DNA of 64,000 nucleotides from assembly GCA_038046385.1 (NCBI GenBank), contig JBBSWH010000001.1, forward strand, positions 119,211 to 183,210, given 5' to 3'. Source of the stretch: Nanobdellota archaeon. GTDB taxonomy: Archaea > Nanobdellota > Nanobdellia > Woesearchaeales > GW2011-AR4. A program made the translations under genes and the position numbers. Below, one piece after another: positions 19,425 to 28,990 of the stretch. Each line of letters begins with the position of its first letter. Within the stretch, counting starts at the first letter, position 1. The notes beneath the pieces were generated by a model. It worked only from the letters and a program-made list of their open reading frames with translations. It searched no databases and had not been told where the DNA came from.

Positions 19425-19931
19425 CTATTTAAATTTATCTGAGAACAATTTTTTAATTCTTTCAATTCCTTTTAGTTTTTTTATTTGAGAGGCAATCTCT
19501 TTCGGAACAAGCTTTTCCCAGTTTTTGTTTTTTGCCATCATCTCCCTTATTTTTGTGCTGCTTATCCCTTTGATTAGTTTTATCTTTTTAATTTTTGAAT
19601 GTTTTCTGAAAATTTTCAAGACACGCTGGTTGCCGGAATAAACAGAGTCAAACTGCGGAATGTTTTTTTCTATGTATCTCAGCCATTGGGCGTTTGTTTT
19701 TGCGTCTGGAATATTGTACAATCTGAATTTTTTTATTTTATTTGATTTTAAGACTGCAAGAAGCATTTTTTTTCTTTCGCTTAACGAGAAAGGATTTTCT
19801 TTTGTGTTTTTTTCCTGCGAACTCCCGATTGCTATCAGGACTTCATCATTTTCTTTCAGTATTTTTTTAATGTCGGCAAGATGCGCATTATGGAACGGCT
19901 GGAATCTCCCGATGAAAAGGGCGCGGCTCAT
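19425..19931 (-). CDS. nadM: Nicotinamide-nucleotide adenylyltransferase
   Basis: FIGRFQPFHNAH, GSSQ, NPFS and ISSTKIRE motifs. Confidence 0.9.
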   Translation of the reverse strand: MSRALFIGRFQPFHNAHLADIKKILKENDEVLIAIGSSQEKNTKENPFSLSERKKMLLAVLKSNKIKKFRLYNIPDAKTNAQWLRYIEKNIPQFDSVYSGNQRVLKIFRKHSKIKKIKLIKGISSTKIREMMAKNKNWEKLVPKEIASQIKKLKGIERIKKLFSDKFK

Positions 19932-19969
19932 ATGAACAAAAAGAAAGGAGGCTGTTTATAAAGATTTGT

Positions 19970-21103
19970 TTAGTGCAGTGTTCTTATTTTCTCCCACGGA
20001 AACTGGTCATTTCCGAACCAGCCCTCTGTTGCAGTTAACAGAACTAAGTTTGGATCATTCAGCCTCAATTCGCTGACTGCATCATCCCTGTCAAGAGGAA
20101 AATTTTTTCTTACTAATTCGTCCAAGCCAATTCTATCCAATGTGCTTCCTGAAGCTTCAAAATCCAGAACCATCGGCTGGCCGCTTCCTATTTTATATCC
20201 TAACCTAACTTCAATGTAATCTTTTACAACACCCTGAGCAACGAGGCTTTTTGCAATATGCCTTGCCAGAATTGATGCATGCACATCCACTTTTCCAAAA
20301 TCCTTTCCGAATATGCTGCCTCCGGTCTGATGCACCCTGTCTCCATATAAAAAACTGGGATCTTTCTTGCCTTTGACTCCTGTATCTATCAAAGGACTTC
20401 CGTGTTCAAACCTTTCAGCTCCGTTTATTGTAATCCTTGTTCTATTGGAATCGTAAAAATTTCCTAAAGCGGGTAAAATTACTTTTTGAGTAATATCATC
20501 CCTGAAACTGTTCAAATCAGCATCTGCATAATGCTGTGCCGCTACAACTACTTCAGCAGCATAGCTTGGCTTTCCATCTTCCAAAGCCAAAACCAAATTT
20601 AATTTGCCGTCAGGAGCCAGTCCTTTAATCTCTTTATTTCTAAATGCAGAATCTAATTTGTATGCCATCTCTTTAAGTAGCAGATATTCCAGCGGCATGA
20701 ATAACGCATTTTCACTTGTAGCATACCCATGCTTAACGATTGTGTCCCCTGCGCCGCCGTTGCTTACAGAATGATCAATATCCGGAGACTGGCCTTTGAA
20801 ATCAACGCGTATCTCTCTTGCTTCCGGATCGTAGCCGTTTTGGGGGGAATAGCCTGCCTGCCTAAGCAATTGTCTTGCAGTTTCAGCCATCTCTTCCCTT
20901 GTTAAAGGCCCACTGGAACGGTTTTGTGCAGTAATAAATAATATGTCGTTAAGAGTTACATTCAAATCAAGCCTTGATTCCGAATCCCTTCTCAAAGATT
21001 CTGCAAGAATTTTCTGGGAGATGACATTGCCTAAACCGTCCGGATGGGCAAATCTTTCTCTTTGCACTGTCAATTTATCATAGTTTAGATTATAAGTTGC
21101 CAT
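19970..21103 (-). CDS. metK: Highly divergent bacterial/eukaryotic-type S-adenosylmethionine synthetase-like protein
   Basis: HPD, QSPDI, GAGD, PDGK, DTGVKGKK, GGSIFGKDFGKVD, ARHIAKSLVA and FPWEK appear in MetK order. Confidence 0.75.
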   Translation of the reverse strand: MATYNLNYDKLTVQRERFAHPDGLGNVISQKILAESLRRDSESRLDLNVTLNDILFITAQNRSSGPLTREEMAETARQLLRQAGYSPQNGYDPEAREIRVDFKGQSPDIDHSVSNGGAGDTIVKHGYATSENALFMPLEYLLLKEMAYKLDSAFRNKEIKGLAPDGKLNLVLALEDGKPSYAAEVVVAAQHYADADLNSFRDDITQKVILPALGNFYDSNRTRITINGAERFEHGSPLIDTGVKGKKDPSFLYGDRVHQTGGSIFGKDFGKVDVHASILARHIAKSLVAQGVVKDYIEVRLGYKIGSGQPMVLDFEASGSTLDRIGLDELVRKNFPLDRDDAVSELRLNDPNLVLLTATEGWFGNDQFPWEKIRTLH

Positions 21104-21146
21104 GGAACTGTTCAGGACGATTTATTTAAATAATCTATTGAAACAT

Positions 21147-21164
21147 TTATTCCAATTGGAATAA
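21147..21164. promoter_or_regulatory. Perfect 18-bp palindrome TTATTCCAATTGGAATAA between divergent promoters
   Basis: Self-complementary; centred between the TATA boxes of the metK-like gene and orphan 21209. Confidence 0.65.
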
Positions 21165-21208
21165 TTTTATCACCAATGTTTATTAATAAGGATAGAATTC
21201 CGTATATT

Positions 21209-21535
21209 ATGGATTATACAAAACAAAGGGAATTGGCAGTACAGCAATTGGCAACAGCACAAATTTTCTATCAGGCGCATTTAAGATCAGAAGGGATTAA
21301 AGACCCTACAGCAGAGGTAAGATATGACGAGCATCTTGGATTTATAGGTGTTCCAGGCATCAAAAGAAAAGGAATAGGGCATCCTGAAGGCAGAGAAGGG
21401 TTATGTGATATTCTTGAACCAATAGTAATTGAAATCAACAGGGCAAATGCAGGATTGAAACCCTTAGATAAAGACCTTGTAGCACGCCTTAAACTCCATT
21501 CTCCAAACGGAACGCTTGCAAGAATAGTTGCTTGA
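21209..21535 (+). CDS. Hypothetical protein (orphan)
   Basis: ORF from the track; start moved to ATG 21209 based on the TATA at about 21179. Confidence 0.6.
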   Translation: MDYTKQRELAVQQLATAQIFYQAHLRSEGIKDPTAEVRYDEHLGFIGVPGIKRKGIGHPEGREGLCDILEPIVIEINRANAGLKPLDKDLVARLKLHSPNGTLARIVA

Positions 21536-21581
21536 TTTTTCTTTTAGAAAATTTTATTTTGAAATTAAGCTTTAGAATTTT

Positions 21582-24317
21582 TTATTTAGAATACGCTGCC
21601 TGCATCTTTTCTACCCAAGGTCTCCAGATTTCTTCGGGAACAGTAAACCTGAGGTCTGTGAAATTGCTTCTGAAGTCTATGACTTCTGATCTTACATCTT
21701 CTCCTCTTTCCCCTCTAACAGCAAGCTTGACTGCCTCCACAGTTGCGTCTTCTTTCATTCCAAATCTTGTCATCTCCTGGAACCCCCACCTGTTTCCGCT
21801 TGCCCCCATGAAAAGTATATCGTCGAATAAAGTCGAAGAGCTTGTGATTATATTGTTCGACTCCAACCTTCTTGCAGTGCTTTTGCCTTGGTACTTATCT
21901 GTTCTTGTCAAAACTTGATGGGTATCCGGCATCCTCTTTGTCACTACATCTATTCCCTCGTTCCTAAATGCAGCCCATGCAGATCTAGCATTATTGACAA
22001 CCTGCGGAGCATATTCATGATTAAACATAGCCTCTTCGCGTGCTGCAAAAAGATGAGCAAGCTTTGCTCCAAGATGAGTGTTGCTATGATAAACTAAATG
22101 TCTCCTCAAAACAGCCTGATAAAGAGGGTCATTAAATGGCCTATTAGAAGCAATAAATGTGCTATTTTTTGGACCAAAATTGGTTTTAGCGGTGTATCCT
22201 GCAAAATCTGCTCCGTAAGGATACTTAGACAATCCTCCAATATGTGCTCTGTCTTCAAAAAGAACTGGCCTGTCTGGATTATCTCTTCCGTATAATCTGT
22301 CAAGCATGAGCCTTATTGCTTCCGTTGGCGGCCTGAATGGTATTGCACTTCCGCCAGTTATTATTATGTCTGGTCTGACTCTTACAACCAGTTTTTCCAA
22401 TCCTTCAAGATCATAATCATAAGGAGAATCTCTCCTCATTGGTATGTTATACCATTTTGGCATCCCATGTTCATCATGTTCCAGATAATCTTTTAACCCT
22501 AAAGATGCTTGTGAGCTTATGTGGCCTCCGTCGTTTAATGCCACACTTATTGCAACCAATCCCCGTGGCCTGATTCTTTTTCTATTCACATAATCTTTGG
22601 TTCCGCCAAAAACCATATGATTGTTTATTGTACCAGAGTTTATAATCCCGATTACATTTGCTGCGCCCGTATTTGCTCTTAACTGCGCAAGAAGCAATTC
22701 TTCAACACCAGCCCCTAGACTTCCTTCAGGGGAACCCTTCATCATAAAATCTGTGCCTTGATAATACGCAAAATCTTCTCCAAGCGCCCTTACAATTGAA
22801 TGTTCATTATATCTGTGGGAAGGGTCAAGAGTCATTAGTGCTCTCACAGCAGGAGAAATTGTATTTTCAGAAGCAGTAAAATTAAGCGTTTCAAATTGGC
22901 GCCATCTTGTATTTGCAACAGCGTCGTGAACAAGTGCATCTCCAAGATCACTTATTGTTCCAGGATAAACAGGAACCCTTCTCGGCTCTGCAAGAGGACC
23001 GAATGAGGGTCTTGAGTAAGGAACCCCTCCAAGTAAATTTGTATCAGTCAGTCTAGCATCCAGACCGGCGATTATTTTGTCTTTGTCTCCAACCTGGAAG
23101 ATTATTTCTTTTGTCGGGTCGAATCTTATGTTAGAATCTATCAATGCCATTCCGACTGATCTTTTCATAGAACTGTCCCAGGAATCGGCTGGTTTTGAGT
23201 ATACTCCTTCTCCTTCAAAATGAGAGTAAGGCGCATAAAGTCCAGTTGTAACGACACCGACTTCTTTACCTTCGTAATAAAGTTTCATTCCTGCTCTTAG
23301 CGATCTTTCACCTGATGGAACAACCAATGACCTGATCATTCTTTTAAGAACAAGGTCATCAAGTGTAACACTCTCCCCTCTCTCTATCCTCTCAAAATCT
23401 CTCCTTTGCACTTCAAGAGCTCCCCTACCTATGAATTTTCTGGTCGGGTCTGCAAGATTAACTCCGAATTTCGCTTGCGTCACTGAATGAATCAGCAACT
23501 CATCACTTATCTCGTGTCCATAAAGCGGAAGACCTGCTTCTGTTCTTGCGCCGTCTCTGGATGCCAAGCCTGCAAACATAAGATTATATGGACGTCCTGC
23601 AGCCGCAAGGTCTTCTACGACTTTTGGAGCTTTTTTTGAATCAACTCTTATCTCCATAGCAACTACTTCCCCAGTATATCCGGTCCTGGAGATGCGCATT
23701 GCAGTGCCATCATGATAAATCGTTGAGCCGTAATTTCTTTTTGCCTTGGGAAGCCATCCACTATACCCGGGCATTGATAACAATGAGTTCATTATTAATT
23801 CTGAATTGGGACCTTGCAATGATATCATTGCTTCATCATGAGTCTTGTTTTCTATGGTGACATCTTTAAATCTGTCCTGACTTATTTTTAGGACCCTGTT
23901 TATCCATTTCCAGTCTTTTTCCCTGTTTCCTGCATTGACAACGAGGGTGTATTCATCTTTACCATCAGCAAAAAGGATTGTGTCATCAATTGCACGTCCT
24001 TTAGAGTTTGACAAAAAGCCATAAACAGCTTGCGGACCGATCATCCCTTCATGGTCAAGGACATTTGCATCGCTTGTCAAAAGATATCTCAAGAATTCTT
24101 TTGCATCTTTGCCAGTAAACCTGTACCTACCCATATGGCTTACGTCGAAAAGTGCAGCAGTTTTTCTTACTGCAACCCCTTCCTGAAAAGCATGAGAAAA
24201 CTGAACCGGCATCTCAGTGCCGCCAAAATCTTTTAATGACAATCTTCCCGGTTCTGCATACTTAGAGTAATAGGGATGCAACACAGTCTTCTCTAACCCG
24301 CTACCTTGTTCACTCAA
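21582..24317 (-). CDS. GcvT aminomethyltransferase - serine hydroxymethyltransferase (GlyA)-like fusion
   Basis: GcvT half: FDVSHMG, VVNAGN, SLQGP, SRTGYTGE, RTEAGLPLYGHE. SHMT half: ASEN, YYQG, GGHIS, DRAHIGGL, TAKTNFGP (PLP Lys), EMTRFGM. TTG start with GGTGG Shine-Dalgarno. Confidence 0.85.
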   Translation of the reverse strand: MSEQGSGLEKTVLHPYYSKYAEPGRLSLKDFGGTEMPVQFSHAFQEGVAVRKTAALFDVSHMGRYRFTGKDAKEFLRYLLTSDANVLDHEGMIGPQAVYGFLSNSKGRAIDDTILFADGKDEYTLVVNAGNREKDWKWINRVLKISQDRFKDVTIENKTHDEAMISLQGPNSELIMNSLLSMPGYSGWLPKAKRNYGSTIYHDGTAMRISRTGYTGEVVAMEIRVDSKKAPKVVEDLAAAGRPYNLMFAGLASRDGARTEAGLPLYGHEISDELLIHSVTQAKFGVNLADPTRKFIGRGALEVQRRDFERIERGESVTLDDLVLKRMIRSLVVPSGERSLRAGMKLYYEGKEVGVVTTGLYAPYSHFEGEGVYSKPADSWDSSMKRSVGMALIDSNIRFDPTKEIIFQVGDKDKIIAGLDARLTDTNLLGGVPYSRPSFGPLAEPRRVPVYPGTISDLGDALVHDAVANTRWRQFETLNFTASENTISPAVRALMTLDPSHRYNEHSIVRALGEDFAYYQGTDFMMKGSPEGSLGAGVEELLLAQLRANTGAANVIGIINSGTINNHMVFGGTKDYVNRKRIRPRGLVAISVALNDGGHISSQASLGLKDYLEHDEHGMPKWYNIPMRRDSPYDYDLEGLEKLVVRVRPDIIITGGSAIPFRPPTEAIRLMLDRLYGRDNPDRPVLFEDRAHIGGLSKYPYGADFAGYTAKTNFGPKNSTFIASNRPFNDPLYQAVLRRHLVYHSNTHLGAKLAHLFAAREEAMFNHEYAPQVVNNARSAWAAFRNEGIDVVTKRMPDTHQVLTRTDKYQGKSTARRLESNNIITSSSTLFDDILFMGASGNRWGFQEMTRFGMKEDATVEAVKLAVRGERGEDVRSEVIDFRSNFTDLRFTVPEEIWRPWVEKMQAAYSK

Positions 24318-24502
24318 GTTTTACCACCCTAAAGATAATACACTATTGGTAGGGGGTATGTTGATGTTTTATAAATGTTTTGGCACAAACATTATGAAAA
24401 AACAAGCAGATGACACAAATAAAGCACCGGACATTTGACCACTGGACATGTGCGCCTAAGATTTATAAAGCTTAAAGGTGTTTCTTGCTTAATAAGGCTA
24501 AA

Positions 24503-25339
24503 ATGGACAAAAACAGCGCTTTAGTGGTATTTCAGGATAAGAGAATAAGAAGGATATGGCACAATAACGAATGGCACTTTTCTGTTATAGATGTTATAAA
24601 TGCTTTGGAAGCAAGCACTATTCCAAAAAGATATTGGTCTGACTTAAAGGCAAAACTATCAGAAGAAGGATTTGAACCGTACGATAAAATCGTACAGTTG
24701 AAACTGCCAGCAGAAGATGGCAAACTAAGAGAGACCGATTGCGCCAACACAAAGGACTTATTTAGAATTATCCAGTCCATCCCTTCCCCAAAAGCTGAAC
24801 CATTTAAGCTTTGGCTTGCTCAAGTGGGTTATGACAGGGTACAGGAAATAGAAAACCCGGAGCTGGCGCAAAAGCGCATGAAAGATATTTACAAGCAAAA
24901 GGGTTATTCAGAAGATTGGATTGAAAAAAGAGTAAGGGGCATTGCCATAAGAGATGAGCTAACTGATGAATGGAAGAAAAGAGGAGTAAAACAAGATATA
25001 GAATACTCTATTTTAACAGCAGAAATTTCAAAAGCCACGTTCGGCATGACTCCAAGTGAATATCAAAAATTTAAGGGACTGAAAAGAGAAAATTTACGGG
25101 ACCACATGAACGATTTGGAACTAATCTTTTCCATGCTTGGCGAAAAGGTTTCAACAGAGATAACAAAAAATGAAGATAAGCAAGGATTTGCAGAAGTTGA
25201 AGATGCTGCAAAAAGAGGCGGAAAAGTGGCGGGCAATGCACGAAAAGACACGGAAAAAGAACTAAAGCACCCTGTGACCTCAAAAGAAAATTATCTTTCT
25301 GAAACTGAGAAAAAGAAAAGGCTGGAAAACAAAAAATAG
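24503..25339 (+). CDS. Bro-N domain (phage antirepressor-like) DNA-binding protein
   Basis: IRRIWHNNEWHFSVIDV, RIIQSIPSPKAEPFKLWLA and NLRDHM motifs. Confidence 0.85.
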   Translation: MDKNSALVVFQDKRIRRIWHNNEWHFSVIDVINALEASTIPKRYWSDLKAKLSEEGFEPYDKIVQLKLPAEDGKLRETDCANTKDLFRIIQSIPSPKAEPFKLWLAQVGYDRVQEIENPELAQKRMKDIYKQKGYSEDWIEKRVRGIAIRDELTDEWKKRGVKQDIEYSILTAEISKATFGMTPSEYQKFKGLKRENLRDHMNDLELIFSMLGEKVSTEITKNEDKQGFAEVEDAAKRGGKVAGNARKDTEKELKHPVTSKENYLSETEKKKRLENKK

Positions 25340-25498
25340 CTTTCTTTCAAACCCGCTTATAAATTAAAAATGGAAACAAAACTTTCCAAGTGTAAGTAAA
25401 AGTTTACATAAGCCTGTTTTGCCATCGTTCTCGTTATAATAAATAAAAAATGCCTCTTTTCAGCAACCTTTATAAATGAGGCAAATGTTCTTTTCTTC

Positions 25499-26215
25499 AT
25501 GGACGTAGCAATTTTGCACTCAGGCGGAAAGGACAGCACCTTTGCAATATATCATGCAAAGCAGAAGGGCTGGAACGTAAAGTACACAATATCAGTCAAA
25601 CCTACAAGGAAAGACTGCTTCTTATTCCATTTTGCAACAGTTGAGCACACAAAAGAGTTTGCTAAAGACCTTAAAGTTCCTCATTTCTATGTTTCATGCG
25701 ATGTAGCTGATCCAGTTCAGGAAGCCGACATTGTAAGAAAAGTTGTTGAAAACAACCAGAAGACAATGAAAGTTGACGCTGTTGTTCTAGGCGGAACAGG
25801 ATTACAGGAAACGCAGTTAAGAAGTGTCCAGAACGCTTTGAGGCCGTTCGGCATCGATGTTTTCGCAGCCCATGCCGGAGAAGAGCACGACATTGTTGTT
25901 GAAAAGATGCTGGATGCAGGATTCGAGATAATGGTCACGCAGATTGCTTCTGATGGATTGAAACAGTGGCTTGGAAAGACAATCACAAAGGAAAACTTTT
26001 CACAATTGAAGAAAGATTCTGTCAAATACGGCTTCCACGTTGGATTTGAAGGAGGATATGCTGATACTTTGGTAACAGACTGCCCGCTTTATTCAAGAAA
26101 GATGATTGTAGAAAACATGTCAATCATAATGGAAGACAACTACTGCGGGCATGTTGTAATTAACAAATACAGGATGGAAGCAAAGCCTATAAAAATTCTT
26201 AGTTCTTTGAATTAA
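25499..26215 (+). CDS. dph6: Diphthine--ammonia ligase (Dph6 family PP-loop ATPase)
   Basis: SGGKDS and EGGYADTLVTDCP motifs. Confidence 0.85.
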   Translation: MDVAILHSGGKDSTFAIYHAKQKGWNVKYTISVKPTRKDCFLFHFATVEHTKEFAKDLKVPHFYVSCDVADPVQEADIVRKVVENNQKTMKVDAVVLGGTGLQETQLRSVQNALRPFGIDVFAAHAGEEHDIVVEKMLDAGFEIMVTQIASDGLKQWLGKTITKENFSQLKKDSVKYGFHVGFEGGYADTLVTDCPLYSRKMIVENMSIIMEDNYCGHVVINKYRMEAKPIKILSSLN

Positions 26216-26312
26216 ATTCTAAAATAAAAAATTTAAAAAAATAAGATTATTGGTGGCATTCTAAGTGGTATTTGACATTTAAGACTGCCAGCCTTTCTGC
26301 AGCGCTGGTTAT

Positions 26313-26591
26313 TCAGCTTATGCCGTATCCTGGTGCAGTTAATGCTCCATAGTAAGGCATAAGTTGATCTGGCACGGCACTTTTAGGCAAACTAGATAAT
26401 GCTTCATCAAATTCGATTACTAATGCCCTTAATTCAAGATTAGAATTTGTCCTTGCATGTTCACGTTGTGCCGGATCAGCAAGCCATGGACTTATTTCTA
26501 AAATTCTTGTTACGAATATTGCACTCTCAAGGAGAGCCATACCTTGATTAAATCCAGGCTGTGCCTGTGTTGTTTGTGCTGGTGCTGTCAT
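26313..26591 (-). CDS. Hypothetical protein (orphan)
   Basis: MTAPAQTTQAQP... preceded by GGAGG Shine-Dalgarno. Confidence 0.6.
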   Translation of the reverse strand: MTAPAQTTQAQPGFNQGMALLESAIFVTRILEISPWLADPAQREHARTNSNLELRALVIEFDEALSSLPKSAVPDQLMPYYGALTAPGYGIS

Positions 26592-26733
26592 TTTTATTTC
26601 CCTCCATATCAATTTTATATTATGACACAAAGCAATCTATGCTTATATCCCTTTTGACTTAAATGTCAAAAAACAAAGAAAAATGACAAATCTGACAAAA
26701 AAGTTTAAAAACCGACACGTATTTGTGTCATGA

Positions 26734-27378
26734 ATGAAGAACATAAGGGAAGAAGTGTGGAAGTTTCTTGATTCTGACATTTCAATAAAGAAAGATTTGG
26801 GAAGAAAAATCATAAATGTAAGAAGCCTTGCGAAACATATAGCTGCAACTCAGAAAATAAACGGAAATCTTGATGCAGTCATAAGCGCAATAAGGAGGTA
26901 TTCTGTAGACCACAAAAAAACAGAGGAAAGCCATTCTGTCGGAGAAGTTTTAAAGCAGGCAAAGTTGTCAATAAGGACAAAAATGTCTTCTTTATTGCTT
27001 AAAAGAACAGATTTAGTAAAGACAAAATTGGGAAGGCCTGACAGCTTAATGGACTACAAAGGGCACGATATTGTGAGAGTTATGGAAGGCTCGCAGGCAT
27101 TGACAATAGTTATTGACCAGAAGAATTTTGAAAAGACAAAGTCGCATTTTCCGAAAGAAGTCATTCTGGAAGAAAACAGGCATATAGGAATGATAGAAAT
27201 AAATTATCCAAAAGTACTGAAAAAAACTCCAGGCGTTTTTTCCATTATCTACAACGAGCTTGCAGAGAACGGCATAAGCATTGTTGACGCGTTGATATCC
27301 TCAAATGAGCACATTCTTTTGATAGAAGAAGATAAGCTTTTGAAAGCGTTTGATTTGATTTACAAGCTTTGCAATTAA
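26734..27378 (+). CDS. ACT-domain-containing putative regulator
   Basis: N-terminal INVRSLAK...AVISAIRR; C-terminal TPGV...LAENGISI ACT fold. Confidence 0.75.
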   Translation: MKNIREEVWKFLDSDISIKKDLGRKIINVRSLAKHIAATQKINGNLDAVISAIRRYSVDHKKTEESHSVGEVLKQAKLSIRTKMSSLLLKRTDLVKTKLGRPDSLMDYKGHDIVRVMEGSQALTIVIDQKNFEKTKSHFPKEVILEENRHIGMIEINYPKVLKKTPGVFSIIYNELAENGISIVDALISSNEHILLIEEDKLLKAFDLIYKLCN

Positions 27379-27454
27379 GAAATTATTAAGTTCCTGCACA
27401 AGTTAAGGTATATCTTCAGGCTGTGTTGGAGCTGTCATTTTATCAGTAAGATAT

Positions 27455-27865
27455 TTATTTGCTATAGTTAGATGGCTGTGGGCAAGAGAACACATATTTA
27501 ATTCCAATTAAGTTGGGATTACCCTCTTTCCTTGCTGCAATAACAGTTACAAGATCTCCATTTCTAACTTCTACGTTGCCGGCTCTTGGCATAGAAACGG
27601 TTTTTTCCAAGCCGTCAAAATGAAGAATATCCACGTCCCACCCTGGGCTGTCAATACTTCTACCAGCAATGTGTTTTTTTTCTACTGCAGTAACCCTGCC
27701 GCTAATGCACTCTTTTGGAAGGCTGTCGAATCTGTCTATATCATATTTTATCGCGCCTATAACCAATGCAGCTGCAGCACCTACTGCTAAAAAATGAGAA
27801 TAATGTATATCATTCTTTTTAACATGATTAGCCATATGCCGTTCAACAACAGGGTCAGTTTTCAT
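27455..27865 (-). CDS. Hypothetical single-TM protein (orphan)
   Basis: 136 aa with one hydrophobic helix. Confidence 0.55.
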   Translation of the reverse strand: MKTDPVVERHMANHVKKNDIHYSHFLAVGAAAALVIGAIKYDIDRFDSLPKECISGRVTAVEKKHIAGRSIDSPGWDVDILHFDGLEKTVSMPRAGNVEVRNGDLVTVIAARKEGNPNLIGIKYVFSCPQPSNYSK

Positions 27866-27895
27866 TTTTAAAAATAAAAAAAAGAAATAAAAAGC

Positions 27896-28318
27896 TTACT
27901 TAAGGTGAGCGCTCTTGAACTTGCTTCCCCATGCAAGGGTTCCTGCGCCAACTGCATAAACTACTGCAAGGCCTGCAAGAAGCACTATTGTAAATTCATA
28001 GCCTCCGTTTGAAATAAAGAAGCCGTTCTTTATGTGCACCTTGAAAAGAGCAACAAGCATTGTCACTGCCAGCAATACTGAAGACCATCTTGTCAGTATT
28101 CCGACAACAAGGGCAAGCCCGCCGAAAAACTCAACAGCAGACACAAGAAGCGCTGCGTATGCCGGTGCAGGCAATCCAATTGCTGCAAAGAATGCAACTG
28201 TTCCCTTAAATGCTCCAGGAACAAATAATTTAACATATCCGTGGTATGCAAACACTGCACCCAGAACAACTCTCAAAAGGGCCAATGCCCATTCATTTAA
28301 TTTACCGTTCTTTGCCAT
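27896..28318 (-). CDS. DoxX family membrane protein
   Basis: LLRVVLG.VFAYHG..K, EFFGGL.L..G..TR and GGYEF motifs. Confidence 0.9.
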   Translation of the reverse strand: MAKNGKLNEWALALLRVVLGAVFAYHGYVKLFVPGAFKGTVAFFAAIGLPAPAYAALLVSAVEFFGGLALVVGILTRWSSVLLAVTMLVALFKVHIKNGFFISNGGYEFTIVLLAGLAVVYAVGAGTLAWGSKFKSAHLK

Positions 28319-28425
28319 TTAATCACCACCAAAATTATTAAAGATTATGGATGGAATATATGCACCCACTATTGAATAGTAAACAATATCCTCTTTAAAA
28401 ACATTTCGGTCAAGGAGCGTTGCGT

Positions 28426-28515
28426 AGCCAACAATATGGCTGGTCGGACGGGGGACGTCCCTTACGGGGTGTCCGACGAGGAGCGAAACGACGACAGCCT
28501 ATATTATTGTTGGCT
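28426..28515. repeat. GC-rich nested palindromic intergenic element (REP/MITE-like or ncRNA)
   Basis: Nested stems AGCCAACAATA/TATTGTTGGCT, GGCTG/CAGCC and GTCGGAC/GTCCGAC. Confidence 0.65.
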
Positions 28516-28541
28516 TAATATCAAACAACAAGAAAATATTT

Positions 28542-28946
28542 TTACTTCATCTTGGAGCTTTTGTAGACATTCGGCATATACGACCCGATTCTGTAAACAT
28601 CGGCTTTAATGCCTCTTTTCTTTAATTCATCTTCAAGTTCCTGTTTTTGAACGCGCTGGTCATAGCCAAGGCAGATTACATTCGGCTTTATCTCTTCTAT
28701 TATATCAAATATGCTTCCGGATTTGCCAAGTACAGCTTCATTAACAATATCAAGCGACCTTATTCCTTCCAGCCTTTGCTTTTCATTATGCAAGGGTTTT
28801 CTTCCTTTCATTCTTTCAGATGTTTCATCCCTTGCGACAACAACAACTAGCTTGTCTCCTAGCTTTTTTGCTTCAGCAAAGAAGAATAAATGCCCCGGAT
28901 GCACAATGTCAAAAGTGCCTGCGCACATTACTGTTTTCATAATCAA
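28542..28946 (-). CDS. ribL: Archaeal FAD synthase (cytidylyltransferase family)
   Basis: GTFDIVHPGH, VVVARD, LGYDQ and SS motifs. Confidence 0.85.
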   Translation of the reverse strand: MIMKTVMCAGTFDIVHPGHLFFFAEAKKLGDKLVVVVARDETSERMKGRKPLHNEKQRLEGIRSLDIVNEAVLGKSGSIFDIIEEIKPNVICLGYDQRVQKQELEDELKKRGIKADVYRIGSYMPNVYKSSKMK

Positions 28947-28990
28947 AGGCTAAAAGAACACATTTTAAAAATGTTATGAATAAAGAAATT

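Noticed and set aside
24503-25339. Prophage around the Bro-N gene
   Set aside because: No integrase, capsid, terminase or replication genes are nearby.
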